DNA of 63,453 nucleotides, filler included, from Sphacelaria rigidula (taxonomy: Eukaryota), in the NCBI GenBank assembly GCA_964200075.2. It is 9 parts of 9 records of this genome, joined end to end, with 100 filler letters (N's around TTAATTAATTAA, not from the genome) between each part and the next. Parts side by side here need not be neighbours in the genome. Positions count along the whole stretch, not along the records: positions 7,063 to 14,024 come from CAXNAA020017185.1; positions 14,125 to 21,086 come from CAXNAA020017186.1; positions 21,187 to 28,148 come from CAXNAA020017187.1; 6 more parts are not named here. One strand, written 5' to 3'. Below the pieces are notes generated by a model. The model did not search any database and was not told where the DNA came from. It worked only from the letters and a program-made list of their open reading frames with translations. Shown one piece after another: positions 12,097 to 25,452 of this stretch. How positions within the stretch are numbered: position 1 is the first letter of the stretch; each line of letters begins with the position of its first letter. Position numbers and translations under genes: made by a program.

Positions 12097-12401
12097 AAAT
12101 TTCACATACATGTTAAGCATACGAGGAACAAACGGAGTAGGGCGAGGAAACAAAAAAAGACGGCAACATAGAACAAGCAGAAAAATGGAAAGGAACCGAG
12201 CGGAGAATGACATTGCTAGTGGCGAAAAATAAGGAGAGTAGAAAACACTCTCGAAAGAGATCGAGAGAGAAAGATATAGAGAGAGACGGCAAGGGATGGT
12301 GGGTGAAGGGCCAAGGAGTGGGCGTGTACAGTACTGAAACAGTATTGCCGGAATTTGGAGCCCCTAGCGATGTGGCGAGAATAGAGTTCAAGAGAAAATG
12401 C

Positions 12402-13017
12402 TAGGGTTGGGGGCTGGACCCGTATCTACTGACAGTATTGCTGTACTGGCAGTTTTCCTGTACTGCGTCAGAGGCTGCCAGTAGAGCCAGTACATAGCCA
12501 TCTTACGTACGTCCTATATTATGCCTCATAAACTACATGGAAACCCACCGGAACTGCGCCGCATGAGAGGCAGGAGAGGGGAGAGGTTGAGAAGAGGGCA
12601 CACACACACACTAGAGGGAGACCACAAAATCGATGTTCCAATATGTAACTAGCAGCAGCAGCAGCCCGCCCGCTTCAGACCCGAGCCCGGGGCCTCAGAT
12701 CCCTAAACCCACCGCGGCCTCCAGCGAATCACGATTGTTGAAGTTTTTTTCTGGGTATACTAACAACTATTTGAAGGAGAAACGTTTTCAAACCCGGGCA
12801 GGCATCATCGAAGTGGCCCAAAATCAACCAAAAAACATGTTCCAGTGAAGCCAAATCGCGTGAAAATACGCCTCCGGCGGGGCCCCCTCACCAGCCGGGG
12901 GGGGGCGGTGGTCGCGGCTTCGCCGCGACACCAATGTACTGATAAGACCAGGTAAGCTGACTGCTCTCCGCAGCCAGTTTACCTGGTACTGGCGCGTAGC
13001 TCCAGTCCCCAACCCTA
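12402..13017. mobile_element. hAT-type MITE (616 bp)
   Basis: TIR tagggttgggggctgga / tccagtccccaacccta. Perfect 8-bp TSD GAAAATGC (12394-12401, 13018-13025). Confidence 0.9.
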
Positions 13018-13079
13018 GAAAATGCGATACAGGAGGACTATACTTTTCGAGAGATCGGGCTAATGTGACGAACATATCA

Positions 13080-13102
13080 GTAATAGTAGTAGTAGTAGTA
13101 GC

Positions 13103-13151
<49 letters not shown>

Positions 13152-13180
13152 ATAGTAATAATAACAATACATAATAACAA

Positions 13181-13211
<31 letters not shown>

Positions 13212-13220
13212 AAGAAGAAT
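13080..13220. repeat. Compound microsatellite (TAG)n-(AAT)-(AAG)n
   Basis: Read directly from the sequence. Confidence 0.95.
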
Positions 13221-13788
13221 AACAAATAATAATGATAAATAGTGATGATAATACTCTTTGGCAATAGGGAAAGCAGAAAGGCAGTGAGAACACTTCCAAG
13301 TCGCGCTGAACAAGAGGGCGCGAGCAATGAGTAAAAGAAGAGACCATTAGATTTTCAACATGGGTTAGAAGGGAAGGATGGAGAATGCGCACTACCAATG
13401 GAATGCCGAACCCAAAAAGCAGCCCTCGGGTGAACGGAGGTAAGGAGATGCAGGAACAGAGCAATACTACGGTAGGGGCTGCACTTTTTGTTTCTGGTTC
13501 ATGGTGTTTGCACGGAGGGACAGTTTCGTGAATCAGCATCACATTCAGTCTTTTTCGATAAAGTGATGCCGATTCACAAAATGATCCGTGCAACACCCCG
13601 AGCAGCCCCGAGAAACCTTTTCGCTGAGAAAGTGCAACCCCTACCGTAGCATCACTCAACAAGTGAATGCCCTGAAGGGAAAGGGGAGGGAGAATACCGG
13701 CCCAAAGCAAGAAGACCGGGACCAAACTAGAAGCGGAAATAATATCAAGCAAGGGAGAATATAAGTAAAAAACGACGGAGAGAGAACA

Positions 13789-13947
13789 ATGGACGAAAGG
13801 AAGGTGGGAAGGGGTTCGATTAAGAAGAAGCCGAAAACAGGATCGTGGAACGTGTGTAGATTTACCACCATTGAGCACAGAAGACTAGAAATACCCGAAG
13901 AAGTAAGTAAACGCGACCTAGATATAGTGGGAATCCAAGAGTTATGA
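13789..13947 (+). pseudogene. N-terminus of a LINE ORF2 APE endonuclease (truncated)
   Basis: Translates as MDERKVGRGSIKKKPKTGSWNVCRF...LDIVGIQEL*, with the canonical (S/T)WNV and D-I-x-x-x-QE motifs. It is cut off by a family B LINE end. Confidence 0.8.
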
Positions 13948-13954
13948 AGAAACC

Positions 13955-14024
13955 AGGGTGCGCTCATGATCATGCATGCCATAGTCATCAGACCATTGAC
14001 CTCGCATCCCTACAAAGCCGGGAC
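13955..14024 (-). mobile_element. LINE family B 3' end at contig break
   Basis: gggtgcgctcatgatcatgcatgccatagtcatcagaccattgacctcgcatccctacaaagccgggac. Confidence 0.75.
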
Positions 14025-15129
14025 NNNNNNNNNNNNNNNNNNNNNNNNNNNNNNNNNNNNNNNNNNNNTTAATTAATTAANNNNNNNNNNNNNNNNNNNN
14101 NNNNNNNNNNNNNNNNNNNNNNNNATGATATGTCAGCATTACTGTAGCAGGGCCGTGTTGCATTCGTGTCTCCCGAAAGGCAGAAGCCGCCACGGACAAA
14201 ACTACCAAAGCAATATATTACCGGTAATCGAGGGTCTCCCGCACACGACTTGAGCGGATAAATGGTTGTCAGAAAGGAGTCTCGTCAATTTAATAATGGT
14301 CCTTATTAAAAAAATTGTTTTAACCTTTCACCCGTTTTCGTTCAGGTTTCATCATCTAATGCACAAATCCGGTTGGTAACTGCCCCAACCATGTTTTAGT
14401 TTCCGTGTTCTCATTGATCTTTTCGAGAAACTGGAAACACGGAACACTTACTCATCTTGTTTGACCTTTACCATGTCGCCGTCGAGAGAGCGCTTCAGAC
14501 GCGAGTTCGTGAGGTCCAACAGCTGCTCTTCGCTCAGCGACCTTCGTTTGTTGTTTGAGATTCATTCCCTTTCCTCATTCTTCTGTTTTCTGCCTTTCTC
14601 GAGTTCTTGTCGCGAGTGTTATTTTCATCTTCTTTACTTTGGGGACGTCAGCTTGTCACCACGACTACGGCTAGACTCCTCTGGAATCAGTTAGTGTGCG
14701 ACAATAAATAACAAAAACTCATCTCTCAGTTGAGCAGTTTTGCACACAGTGTGTTTTGTTTTCACTCACGCTTTTTCACTAACGGCGCGACACGCGGGTC
14801 CGCCCGAGAGAAACCGTACTAGTTGTATAAAGGGATTCCCCATATACAATGTAGATGACATGCAAACCGTTTCACATTTTCATCGTCTCGGCACAGTTCA
14901 GTGTAAGCTCGCGTGCGCACAGACAAGCGGCTGCCGCGGTGTGGGTGCAGGTGGCGCCAAGCCTTGCGGGCTTAGCATATCGCTGGCAGCAGGTTTGGTG
15001 TTTGTTCACGTGCGCTCATGTGTGTGGCTGGGATACAACGGTGACTTCACCTTGAGTGCCAAATCTAGTTTTGGCCCGTCCCGACTTAACCAGTACAAAT
15101 TGATCGAGCTCCACCCCGGGGGTTCCTTC

Positions 15130-16700
15130 AAGCCTGCGGGTGCAGCGACTTCCGACTCGTCGATAGCAATATCACACTCAAGAGACTGCCACAACACAGC
15201 AGGAAACAGGAGCCGCGACCCCAACGCTGGGTACGATTCCTTGACGAGGGGGGCTCTTCCCCAGGCGCCTTAACGGCAACACACCCCCGAGCCAGCCAGC
15301 GCCTACTTCTCACCCAGCGGGGGCGCCCACGCCTGACCCGGAGGTCCGGCCGACCAGCAACTTGTTTTTGTTCCTCCCCGCCGTCACTTCATTGAGAACC
15401 GGCTCTTCGCCAGCTCCATCCCAGGGGGAAAACCATCACACCAACCGCAAGGGCGCTTTCTCGAAGCCCAGGGATCTCTTTTTTGCCAGGCGCGGTGCCG
15501 GTAACGCGTCCAGAAGCCAGACGTGGACTACTCCTCACCCAGCGTCGGCGGCCGCGCCTAACGCTCAGGTCCAGCGACGGACAACTTCTTCCTGTTCCCC
15601 GCTGCCGACACCTGCATAGACTTTCGATTCCTTGCCAGTTTCATCCCTGGCAGGAAACCGCCACATCAACCCTATGCACGATTCCTGACCAGGAGGAGGT
15701 CCTTCCTCCCCACGTGCACTACTGGCAACGCACCCATAAGCCAGTCGGCGCTCGCTTCTGACTTAGCTGCAGCACCCGAGCCTGACCGGGAGGTCCAGCC
15801 GAGCGGCAAGTCCTCCCCGTTCCCGGCCGCTAACACTTCAAGGACTTCCGACCCTTTGCCAGCCCAAACTTTGGCGGGAAACCGTCACATCAACGGAAGG
15901 CATAATTTGTCGAGGCCCAGGGGTTCCTATTTCCAGGGTGCGCTACCGGCAACACACCCATGAGCCAGTCGTCGCCCACTCCTCACTCAGCGGTGACGCC
16001 CACGCCTGACTCGGAGGCCCAGCCGACCGACAACTCCTTCCTGTTCCCCGCCACCGACACTTGGCTGATTTTTGATTGCTTACCAGCTCCACTCCCGTCA
16101 GGAAATCGTCACTAACGACACTTCGCGGACTTCCAAAGTGACTTCTGGCTCTTGGCCGGCTCTACGCGACATGTACCCGCAGCTCGATCTCTCGAAGGCC
16201 AGGGATTTTTCCTTCCCCAACCGCACTTTCGACAGGACGCACGGAAGCCAGTCAGCGCTTACTCCTGGCCCAGAGGTGGCGCGTACGCCTGACCCAGAGG
16301 TGGAGCTGATCCGCAACCTCTCGCCGTTTCCCGCCGACCGCACTTCACCGACTCACGATGTGACCCATGTCTCTTTGCCGGCTCCATACCCCCCAGGAAA
16401 ACACCACACCAGCCCTAGGCATGTCGTTTCGAAGGGCAGAGATTTTTGTCGCCGCACCTCGCTACCCCCAACACGCCTAGAAACAGCCGGCGCAGACCAC
16501 TGCCCCAAAGGCGGCGCCCGAGCCTGATCCGCAGGTGACGCCGACCAGCAGCCCCTCCTCGTTCTGCATCGCCGATGCTCTTTTGACTTTCGATGTCAGT
16601 CCGATTCTTCGCCACTTCTATTGCCCCCGGGATACCACCCCACGAACCACAGGCACGAGTTCTGAAGAGCGGGGACTTTGTTTCCCCCAGTGTCGCTGTC
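15130..16700. repeat. Degenerate tandem array, ~225-bp unit, ~6-7 copies
   Basis: The motif series ggcaac.cacc..agccag..cgcctgac.cggagg..cagccga..tgttcccc..ggaaacc..cacatcaac..tcgaagccca recurs at ~15275, 15500, 15725, 15950, 16235 and 16470. Confidence 0.8.
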
Positions 16701-18408
16701 GGAAAAACGCCCGCAAGACTATTGCCCCTGCCGTACTTGAAAAATCTACGAACGAAGTACAGTCAAAGGTTTGACTCCCTTCCCGTTTCGACAATTCAAG
16801 CCTATTTGAGGGTAAGAGTCCAGTCCATAATTTTCAGTTGGGTTAAAGTCTCACCGGTGCAGGCTGCTGAGGAAGTCGCGTTGAAGTTCTGTGTGTTTAA
16901 CCGTGTGGCACTACAACCGTCTACATAATGTTTCGTAATTGTTTCGGCGTTCGCGAACATTTGCATAAAAAATGCATGACCCCCTCCTCGGGACGCGTCC
17001 GTTGTGTACGGGGATCAAGCCATATTTTTATCGGTATACTGCCTGGCATTTCTTCATCGAGCAGTGGGTCATCACTTCCACAGCCTTTTAGTCTTCGACT
17101 TTTCCATTGACCCACGTCTTCACGATCTCCACGACGGAATCCAAGACAAAAACCCATTCCTGTCGGGTTCGAAGCTACTAATACGACCTGAGCTGCCGAT
17201 GAAATCAAGTACCAGTTTGACCAGAGGGATGCGGCAGCTGTATTTCATGTTGATTTCCTCTCGTTGAAGCCCTTAGCGGACAATATCTGTTCGCTTGTTG
17301 CGCGTCGGATGGGCGATGCTATTGTGTGCTCGAACCTGTACGAAATCGATGGGAAAACAACATACACAAGCAGGGAGCATGCCAACGACACGAGTAGGTG
17401 GTGGTTGTGGGAGGCACATTGAAGGCGCACAAAAAGAGGCAACGCTAGTACCAGCTGGGCGGTACCCGACACGGCCACTGTGCCGTCGCCTACACTCGTC
17501 GGGAATCCCCTTGAAATACACACATGTGAATACAGGCAACACGACTCGACGCAGGCACAGACGGACTGGACAAACACCGATGAGTGTGGAATGCCCATTA
17601 TTTGAGTGCAAGCAGCCCCGGTAGACAATCCAGCTGCTCGAACGAACGCACACAATCCGTAGCTTGGAATGACGAGTGTGCAACTTCCGGTCATACTATC
17701 AGAGAGGTGGCAGCACTTGAGTTTTGATTTGAATAGCTCGCGGCTGATCGCCAAACTATTCCCATACCATAGGCCAAAGGTCAACAGCACTTTATACATC
17801 CCTGGATACAATCAACTACGTAATGCCACTCGACAGTCGATGACGACGAGGCACAAAAAATCTAGCAGAATGTTATGAGCAAGATCGAACCCTTCACATA
17901 CTTCTACAGGCCAAGGGAAACCTCGGATGGCATCACCATCTAGCACTGAAACGCATCGTCTCTGTTCTATCCGAATATCTCGACCAGCATGTTGAGCCAA
18001 AAACAGCCGAGTCTCGCCAGGTTAGCCGAGATTGAACAATCGTAAACGTTTCCTATCCGGTAGAGACAAATTATCTCACCGTTCTGGTAGGGGGGGCCAT
18101 GAGCCCTCCGGGGTTCCTCTGTCGCTTGGTGATCGCATCCGTGAATCCATCAAGGGCGTCGCGCAGCTCGCCCTCGGGGAACAGTCGCCGTCGATCTGCT
18201 GCAGCCTGGGGAACGTACGGCAACGAAACGGGGTTGAAGCGAGCACCTACGCCTGACAGTACAGTAGGAGTTCTCGGCGTATAAGGGCCGAGATGGGGAC
18301 TCGATATGGGAAAACAAACTAACAAACCGCACAATGCGCAGTCTTTCCAACGTCGATCTGATGCAGCGTTGACCCCCACTTTCCTACGTCGTCTACCCGC
18401 ACTCGCAC

Positions 18409-18669
18409 CTTAAAGGCGGGCTCAATGGAAGACCTTGCCCACGCCAAGTGGTAGCTTTTGAACGCTTCCTTCATTATCTCGATCACGGCTACTTTGCGCT
18501 CATGCGATAGAGCCGAGGAACGTTCTTCTGCTGCGTCCGCCTCCGGGCCGTCGCCGTCGCCGTCGCCACCGCTGCCGCCGCCCCCGCCTGTGGAGTCTCC
18601 CAACGCCTCGATCGCCGATCGCAAGCGCTTGATGGCACGCGCGAACTGGAACGAGTCGTCTGTCTTCAC
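18409..18669 (-). CDS. Putative exon of an unknown protein (87 aa)
   Basis: ag|GTG...AAG|gtgcg boundaries, GC-rich codons and an open frame VKTDDSFQFARAIKRLRSAIEALG...EAFKSYHLAWARSSIEPAFK. A second exon-like block lies at ~18080-18252, but its phase does not match, so this may be a pseudogene. Confidence 0.5.
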
Positions 18670-19504
18670 CTTTAGTGTCGGTGTTGCAGGAAGACGGGGA
18701 CAGAAAATGGTACGCATGACTTGATTGTGCATGAGGAGGAAAAGGGACAGGAAATGGTGCACACAAAGCACCGGCATTCGTCATGCGGTGCAATGCGCGT
18801 GTTCATCACGGGCCATACATGACATCGAACGGCAACAAACACGCATAGATTCACAGCAAGCACCCGGTAGCGCACTGCGGTTCATGTGTTCGCAAACATC
18901 ACAGAAAAGTAGAGTTATGTATCGGTTGGATCTGCCGATACCCAATACATATACACAAGTATCACGAAAATACTGGGGTTGAGGCGCCAGGCGGTGTGTA
19001 TTTGCGCTAGTAAAAGCGCCGACGGAGGCAGAAGGAATACGCGATTTGGCCTACTCTTCCTCCAAAGGCAGGCTCAGAATGCTCGAAAAATAGTCGGGGA
19101 GCAACCGCGCAGAACATAATTGGCAATGAAGGAAGCCAGGGAAAAACAATTCAGCAAATAATAAAATCAACCAGCACATGATGGTGAAGACACAACACCG
19201 ACGACACTACTCTGACGCTGTGAGGACCCAAAGGGCCTACAAGCTGTACGCGATCGAGCCGTGAGTCACGAGGGTAATCAGGCCCTGACTCTGACGGGGC
19301 TGCCGACTCTGAGGCGGATCATTCACGGCCAGAGACGAGCAACGTTTGCAGAAAATATAACTGGAAATCTCTCATTTGCATCAAACACGGACTGAAGGGG
19401 CGACGTGGTCATTTCTCGGCATGGATATATTGATTATATAGAGTGCGCGGCCCTTGCCCCCACCACACCACACTCTGGACAATGGACACAATAATAGTCC
19501 ATTG

Positions 19505-21020
19505 CTTCAGCAATAGACGCGGGGGAAAATCTATCGATATATATATAGATATAGATATATTATAGAACACGATAGATGGTGAAACATATCTGTTGATATG
19601 TATTGCAAGGGCCAATAGATGTTGCAAAAGTCGATCGATAGCCCATGGCAATTACAAAAGATAAATTTCACTCGCCATCGATGGACATCGTGTACCGCAA
19701 TAGATTCTGGGATGTATATATCGACAGCCATTGCCGTAATCAACAGGTTTGGTGAGCCATCCATCGATAGTCATTGCTGTTATCAATAGGCTTGGCGAGC
19801 CATCCATCGATTGTCATTACCGTCATCAATAGATTAGGTGAGACATGTGTCAATACCTATTATTAATATCGTCATCAAAAAAATTGCGTGAGCTGTCAAT
19901 CGGTAGCCTCTGCCGTCAACAACGCATTTTTCGTAACTATCAATACGGGCATTGCCGTCAACGATCGATTGTTGTCGGGAGCACCTGTCGATAGCCAGTG
20001 ACGTCAACGACAGGTTTTGAAAAATAGAATGATCACTGCAGTGGTCTTATGACATCAACGGCAATACCCCTTACACATGAACACGCACCGACCTGAGGCG
20101 ATAGCTGGTTATAGCTTCTGTGGGAAAAGGTGGAAACATACAGAGAAATATGTGCATACATAGCGATAGTGATCGACGCCATTCAGTTACTTTTGTGGTC
20201 AGTAATAGATATTAGTGGCCGATATTCACATTACATTGTGACCAGCGGTGAACATCTGTGGCCGCGATTCAGATTCTATCGTGACTCTCAATAGACGTTG
20301 GTGGGCGCAATTTAGAGCCTGTTGGAACAAATAAGATGTATCGATAGACAACCTGACCCCTCCATTGTCACGGCAATGATACATTCTATACCTTGTCCAG
20401 AATCCATTGTCGCCTACAATAGCTATCGATAGACATCGATGCCAGTCGATTATGACTGACGATGTACATTGACAGTAGAACTCTCGGGGCTATTGCAGCG
20501 CCAATGTTTTATTACACAGGTTATTGTCCAGGGCATAAGCACATCTCATCCACACACAAAAGTACTGTAAGCGTTCATGTCCATCAGAGGCACAACCACA
20601 AGTACCGACATCACACCAATAACCAAAGGTGTAAACTTTTGTCCACACATATTGCGGATGCCTACAGATACAAGCGTTCCAAAATGATAGAAGCGTGATG
20701 TCATATATTCACAAGTACGGTCATTATATACCCACTGCATGTCCACCTGCGGCTTCTCTACCGTAACGTAACGGAGTATAATATGCTCTATATGTCGTAT
20801 GTTGCGATGTAGGTGCGGCAATCGACGACATGGAAGATCTATCCCTAGGCGTTGTATACCACAGTAGATTCTGGTATGTATCTATCGATATTCATTGACG
20901 CCATGCATAGATTCATTCATACGCAATCTATTAATAGCTATTGCCGTCATCAATAGATTTGATATTCAATCTGTCAACAGCCATCGTCGTTATCAATAGG
21001 TTTGGCACGCGGTCTATCGA
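19505..21020. repeat. Degenerate ATCGATAG/ATCAATAG-rich repeat region (likely TE-derived)
   Basis: Dozens of atcgat/tcaatag motifs and a ~39-bp subrepeat (ggtgagccatccatcgatagtcattgc..tcaatag) at 19720-19860. Confidence 0.6.
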
Positions 21021-21022
21021 TA

Positions 21023-21086
21023 CGAGCTGGGCCAGCTTAAAAGCTGCTAAAAGTTGCTCACACTCCAGCTTGCCCAGTTTCTCGAA
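21023..21086 (+). mobile_element. TA-flanked DNA transposon terminus (Tc1/mariner-like); related ends at 42200-42270 (+) and ~48290-48364 (-)
   Basis: TA|CGAGCTGGGCCAGC occurs in three contigs, each time preceded by TA. The 42200 and 48364 copies also share aaacgg..tatctcatcgaca.agacga. Confidence 0.65.
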
Positions 21087-22580
21087 NNNNNNNNNNNNNN
21101 NNNNNNNNNNNNNNNNNNNNNNNNNNNNNNTTAATTAATTAANNNNNNNNNNNNNNNNNNNNNNNNNNNNNNNNNNNNNNNNNNNNAACCGAAGGCGCGC
21201 AAAAAAAAACGGTAACCGGATTGCCTAGCTTACGCAGTGAGTGGCGTGTTTTAGAGCATCATCGCCAACCGACGCCAACCGGGGGGGGGGGAGGGGGGGG
21301 GAGTATATTTGGCCGTGCTCGGTTCGAGCACACGTTTTGTCGGCTGTCGCGCACAGAATTTCGAGAAAATTGAAAAAAACTGAATCACAGTACTGTTGGC
21401 CGCACCATGAATACCTGAAAATCGCGTAAAGATGTGTTATAAAATTGTCGATCGTTCAAGACTGGGTTGATCGAACGAAAATAGCGAAGAACCAGAACCT
21501 GGAGTTGAGTACTCATAGGACCCTCGACGACAGGTCAGCTCGAAAGGCGTTGGAAGTTGATCTTCGAGGGGTTTTTTTCCGGAATTTGTGCCGGATGCCA
21601 ACATACCCACATCTCCATACTATACGACCAAACGTTCACCCTGAGAAGCCTTGGTAACCGGAAAGGGTTAGGGTTAGGGTTGATCTCATACCATCACTTC
21701 CATAATCCTCCACAAGAACAGCCAGAACTTACGTTCATGCCGGTCTTCTCCACGAAGGGCGGCCCGGAAAAGTGGCTCAACGCCTCCCGCTTCGCACAGG
21801 TTCTGCACAGCTACATCGCTAGCCTGTTTCCGCACAAAATATCTGAGACGGTCAACGGGATAGCTGGCGGCGGAGTTTCCAGCTGTCATAGCCGTCCGCT
21901 CTTGTATGCGAAACACAATACCACCCGCTTGATGCCCTAGAGACGACTCAGCGAGTTCTCGGGGTAGACATCGCCGGTTACGTTGAACCGCGTGTGATAG
22001 GAAAAACGTGCACCCACGTAGAAGGTTATGGACCGGCGACACGATTTTCTTACGACAGTGATCTGCACCTTTCTTGCTGGCAAACTGTGTGGTACTGCAC
22101 TTCAGACACAGGGAATTCCCCGTGTGTGGCAGCACGTACTGTCGCGCACGAACACAGCTTGAGGCAGGGCATACTTCACTTACAGTGCCTGAAGAACAGC
22201 CTCACATATGCCGTACGTACTAGGGGTTCAACTACGCATCTCGTAGCAAGGCATGTCTCACCCGGGTGATGCTGCAGAGACAGCTCAACGCGTTATCCCG
22301 CAACTCTTCATCAGTTGCACTTTCGTGAAGCTGGTCTGGCTGAGGATCTACAGTGTCGCCAGTGGCGACGGTGGCGTGCTCAACCACCAGGGAGTTGTGA
22401 AGAATTGGCCAAGGAAGCGAGATTCGCTTTGAAAACGCGATCGTCAGCAAAATCCGAATACATCGGATTCCGGCCAGCTCCCTACAAAGCTCCAGATCGT
22501 CGTGAAGACCCACTGCCAGAGCTTGTAATACGTGAGCGCAACCTATTTTTCACGATAATATTCGCACACGCAGTTAGTGA

Positions 22581-22940
22581 CCGGTCGCCTCGGTGGCTCA
22601 GTGGGTAACCTCGAAACCTTCTGACGATTGGGTCGTGGGTTCAAATCTCGGAGCGATCTGTCATGTTTTCTCACACGATGCCCAAGAGTGGAGAGCGACT
22701 ATGTCGTGGGTACACAAAATTCGACGTAGTGGTCGACGAGGGAAAGGGACTGCTGAACCCCTCTCGCGATAAAAAAAGAAAGGCAAACACCGCAGAAAGA
22801 AGGTGGAGAACAGAAACAAAGAAAGAAGAAAATAGCTCCTGTGTTGACCTTCCTCCTGTGTGACCCCGGCTGGTGCGCCCACATACACCGAAAGGCGTAG
22901 ACCGGCGTACAGAATAGATGGGATGACAACACACAACACG
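22581..22940 (+). mobile_element. tRNA-derived SINE (~360 bp); copies at 41360-41721 (+), 53385-53610 (+, 3'-truncated), 49244-49331 (-, 3' part)
   Basis: Pol III A box TGGCTCAGTGG and B box GGTTCAAATC at tRNA spacing. Conserved body gtggagagcgactatgtcgtgggtacac..gacgagggaaagggactgctg and (CA)n tail. Four copies in four contigs. Confidence 0.88.
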
Positions 22941-24822
22941 CAGTTAGTTGGATCAGGTGTACGTCGCACGCAAACACAACGCTGGCTCGTAATTGGAATA
23001 TGGCAATGTACAACTACCGGAGAATATATATATATAAACACACAGTGTCGGCTAATGGTTCAAGAAATTCTGAGTGGCTAGATACGTAGCTATCGACAAC
23101 GACGCAGCTTGATTGTGGAGATACCTCTATTTGTTGTACATCTTGCCCGCAAAGGCATCAACGTTATAGCCGGAAACATACTCCCATCTCAACACAGCGA
23201 CTGACAGCGAGTATACATCTCCAAGGTTTGGGACAAGGCAGGATACACGTGATGTGGGGTTGGAGGATGCTGATTCGATCCTTACGGGCCTCCGATCACC
23301 CGCCAGGCGTGAAGTCACTGCATTGAACTTCAATTATCTAATGTTTTCATGATGCTGGGTGATCCTCATGTGATATAGCCGTTCTTGCTTGTGACGGCAA
23401 GCTCCGGCAGCAGAACTCACGGGTATTCGACCATCTGTACAGCACTCTGGTGCGGTATTCCCTCATTATACCACACGGAAGAGGGCGTCGACAGCGGGGG
23501 AAGTGCGTGCGACTCAGACACAACATAACTGCAGGGATCTGCTTCCAGCAGGAAGGCCAGGTGCAAGTGTCTGTGTTGGAACGGTGGGCAGCAGATCAGC
23601 TTTGGTGTGGGGAGGGGGGGAACTGGGATGCCTGCTTCAATGCCAATCGCTCCAGTTCGCGGCTTTCGATCGTCACGAGCACGTCGTGTTCATCACGTTG
23701 CGCCGGCCATTCGTTACAGAATCAAGATAAACAACCACTTCTTGGTCACGTAGCCAAACCACCCGGATACGGAGGAAAGGGGGTGCAGAAGTAGACGACA
23801 AGAGGCAGCAAAGTGCGCGAAAGATGGATATTTCCCGACAAAGGTAACGACGAGGGGATATCCCCCCGACGTGCCTCGCCAAAAGGGTGTACAAAGTCAT
23901 GTTACGCGGCAGCCGGTTCTTTTGAGCGAGATCGCTCAATACGTGGTTGTCAGAAAACCACAGAGGGTTCACGGGCAATGGAGGGTGAAAACAGATGGGG
24001 TGCAGACTTCTAAGTTCATGTGTTGCAGCCTCTTCCCAGCCAGCATTCGGTGCGCCCTTGTGCGTCTAAAACTCGCGAAGGAGCTAGAATTCGTGGAGAG
24101 ACGTACCCTTTTTTGTCCATCACCTACAATAAAGAAATTACTCACGATACCTGAAAACGGTACGATTCAAAGCCTGTGCGCTCCAGGGTGCACGTACATT
24201 GTGCGTCTCGCCTCACGATGCCATCAGAGACTATATCGAGTAGCGATTCAGCGACTCCGGAATCATGAATACTGGTTCCGAGGACCGCCAGGACCGTCAG
24301 CAGATTCGCTCGAGTTTTGTCGGAGATGGCGAAACCTGCGGAAAATGGTTCCTGAGGTGAGCGTCCTAGTATCCCACAAGTGACGGTTCTTCAATCACGG
24401 ACGAGTTAGGAGAGCAAAGCTTTCACTGGCTTTGCGGTAAATTCGGCACTGCGCTTCAGTACCCATCTGCAGCACGCTATCTGACTAGTGCACGCGGCTG
24501 TGCAACGCATCCGTACATGCTCTACTGCTCTTGGTTACGACCATATATTTTATCGCGCGCTTTATCCCATAGATTCCACGGCACCCACCTTGAAACAGCA
24601 GTTGTACGATTGACGTAAGCGTTCTGCGGCGTAAGCTCTTCTCTCGCGCTGCGCTGGGGCTCCCCTCGCGGAACCAATGCTGGCCACGGCACTTGCCTAC
24701 TGCAGCAACGGTGTGTTTTACACTATCAACGACTGGTTCGGATCCCCCGCTGTCTCCTACAAAGGCGTACAGTGGTGGTCAAAGTACGATCAAAAGAGTA
24801 CCACGTTATATACGGAATATTT

Positions 24823-24853
24823 GGGGCGTACTCATTTGTTGCTTGCCTTAGTC
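24823..24853 (-). mobile_element. Very short LINE family A 3' fragment
   Basis: gggg + cgtactcatttgttgcttgccttagtc, with a G7 run a few bases further on. Confidence 0.7.
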
Positions 24854-24878
24854 ACCACAGGGGGGGTGATAATAATAC

Positions 24879-25452
24879 CAAGGTCGTATTTTTTAGGGTA
24901 CGGTTTTTTGTATACCCAGGGTATTTTGCCAGGTATTTACCGTACCCGACAGTTCTGTAAACTCTGTGAGATTTCCATTCCAGTACCCGACAGTTCTGTA
25001 ATCTCTGTAAGACCTCCATACCCTTACCCGATAGTTCTGTGAGTTCTGTGAGCCTCCCGTACCGTTACTGGGGGGCACGGGCATGCTCTTGGTAAGATAC
25101 CCGGTTGCGGGTACGATTTTCTGTGCAACCTCCATACCCTACCCGACAGTTTCTGTGAGTTCTGTAAACCTTCCATACCCTTACCCGATAGTTCTGTGAG
25201 TTCTGTACAAAACCTTCACCCGAACCCGAGGGGCGGCATGCCCTGAAAGAGTTACCAGATTGCCGGTACCGGTTTTCTGTAAGCCTTCCATACCGTACCC
25301 GACAAGTCTTGTAATTTCTGTCTTTCATACAGGTACCCGACAGTTCTGTAAACTCTGTAGAACTTTCATACCGTTAGCCAACAGTTCTGTAAGTTCTGTA
25401 AGGAATCTCATACCCTACAGAACGCACCCATACCTTACAGAACACGACCTTG
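24879..25452. mobile_element. CAAGG-ended MITE with internal tandem subrepeats (P/hAT-like)
   Basis: TIR caaggtcgtatttt.. / ..gaacacgaccttg. About 9 copies of tacccgacagttctgt(g/a)a. No intact TSD. Confidence 0.7.

Noticed and set aside
12824-13878. Long ORFs with poly-T/L/S/Y runs
   Set aside because: Artefacts of (TAG)n/(AAG)n microsatellites and the antisense of a purine-rich LINE region.
22581-22660. Functional tRNA gene
   Set aside because: Acceptor and D stems do not close, and it continues into a multi-copy SINE body.
21690-24400. Decayed coding-like stretches around the SINE
   Set aside because: Many stops and no diagnostic motifs, so they cannot be assigned without a homology search.
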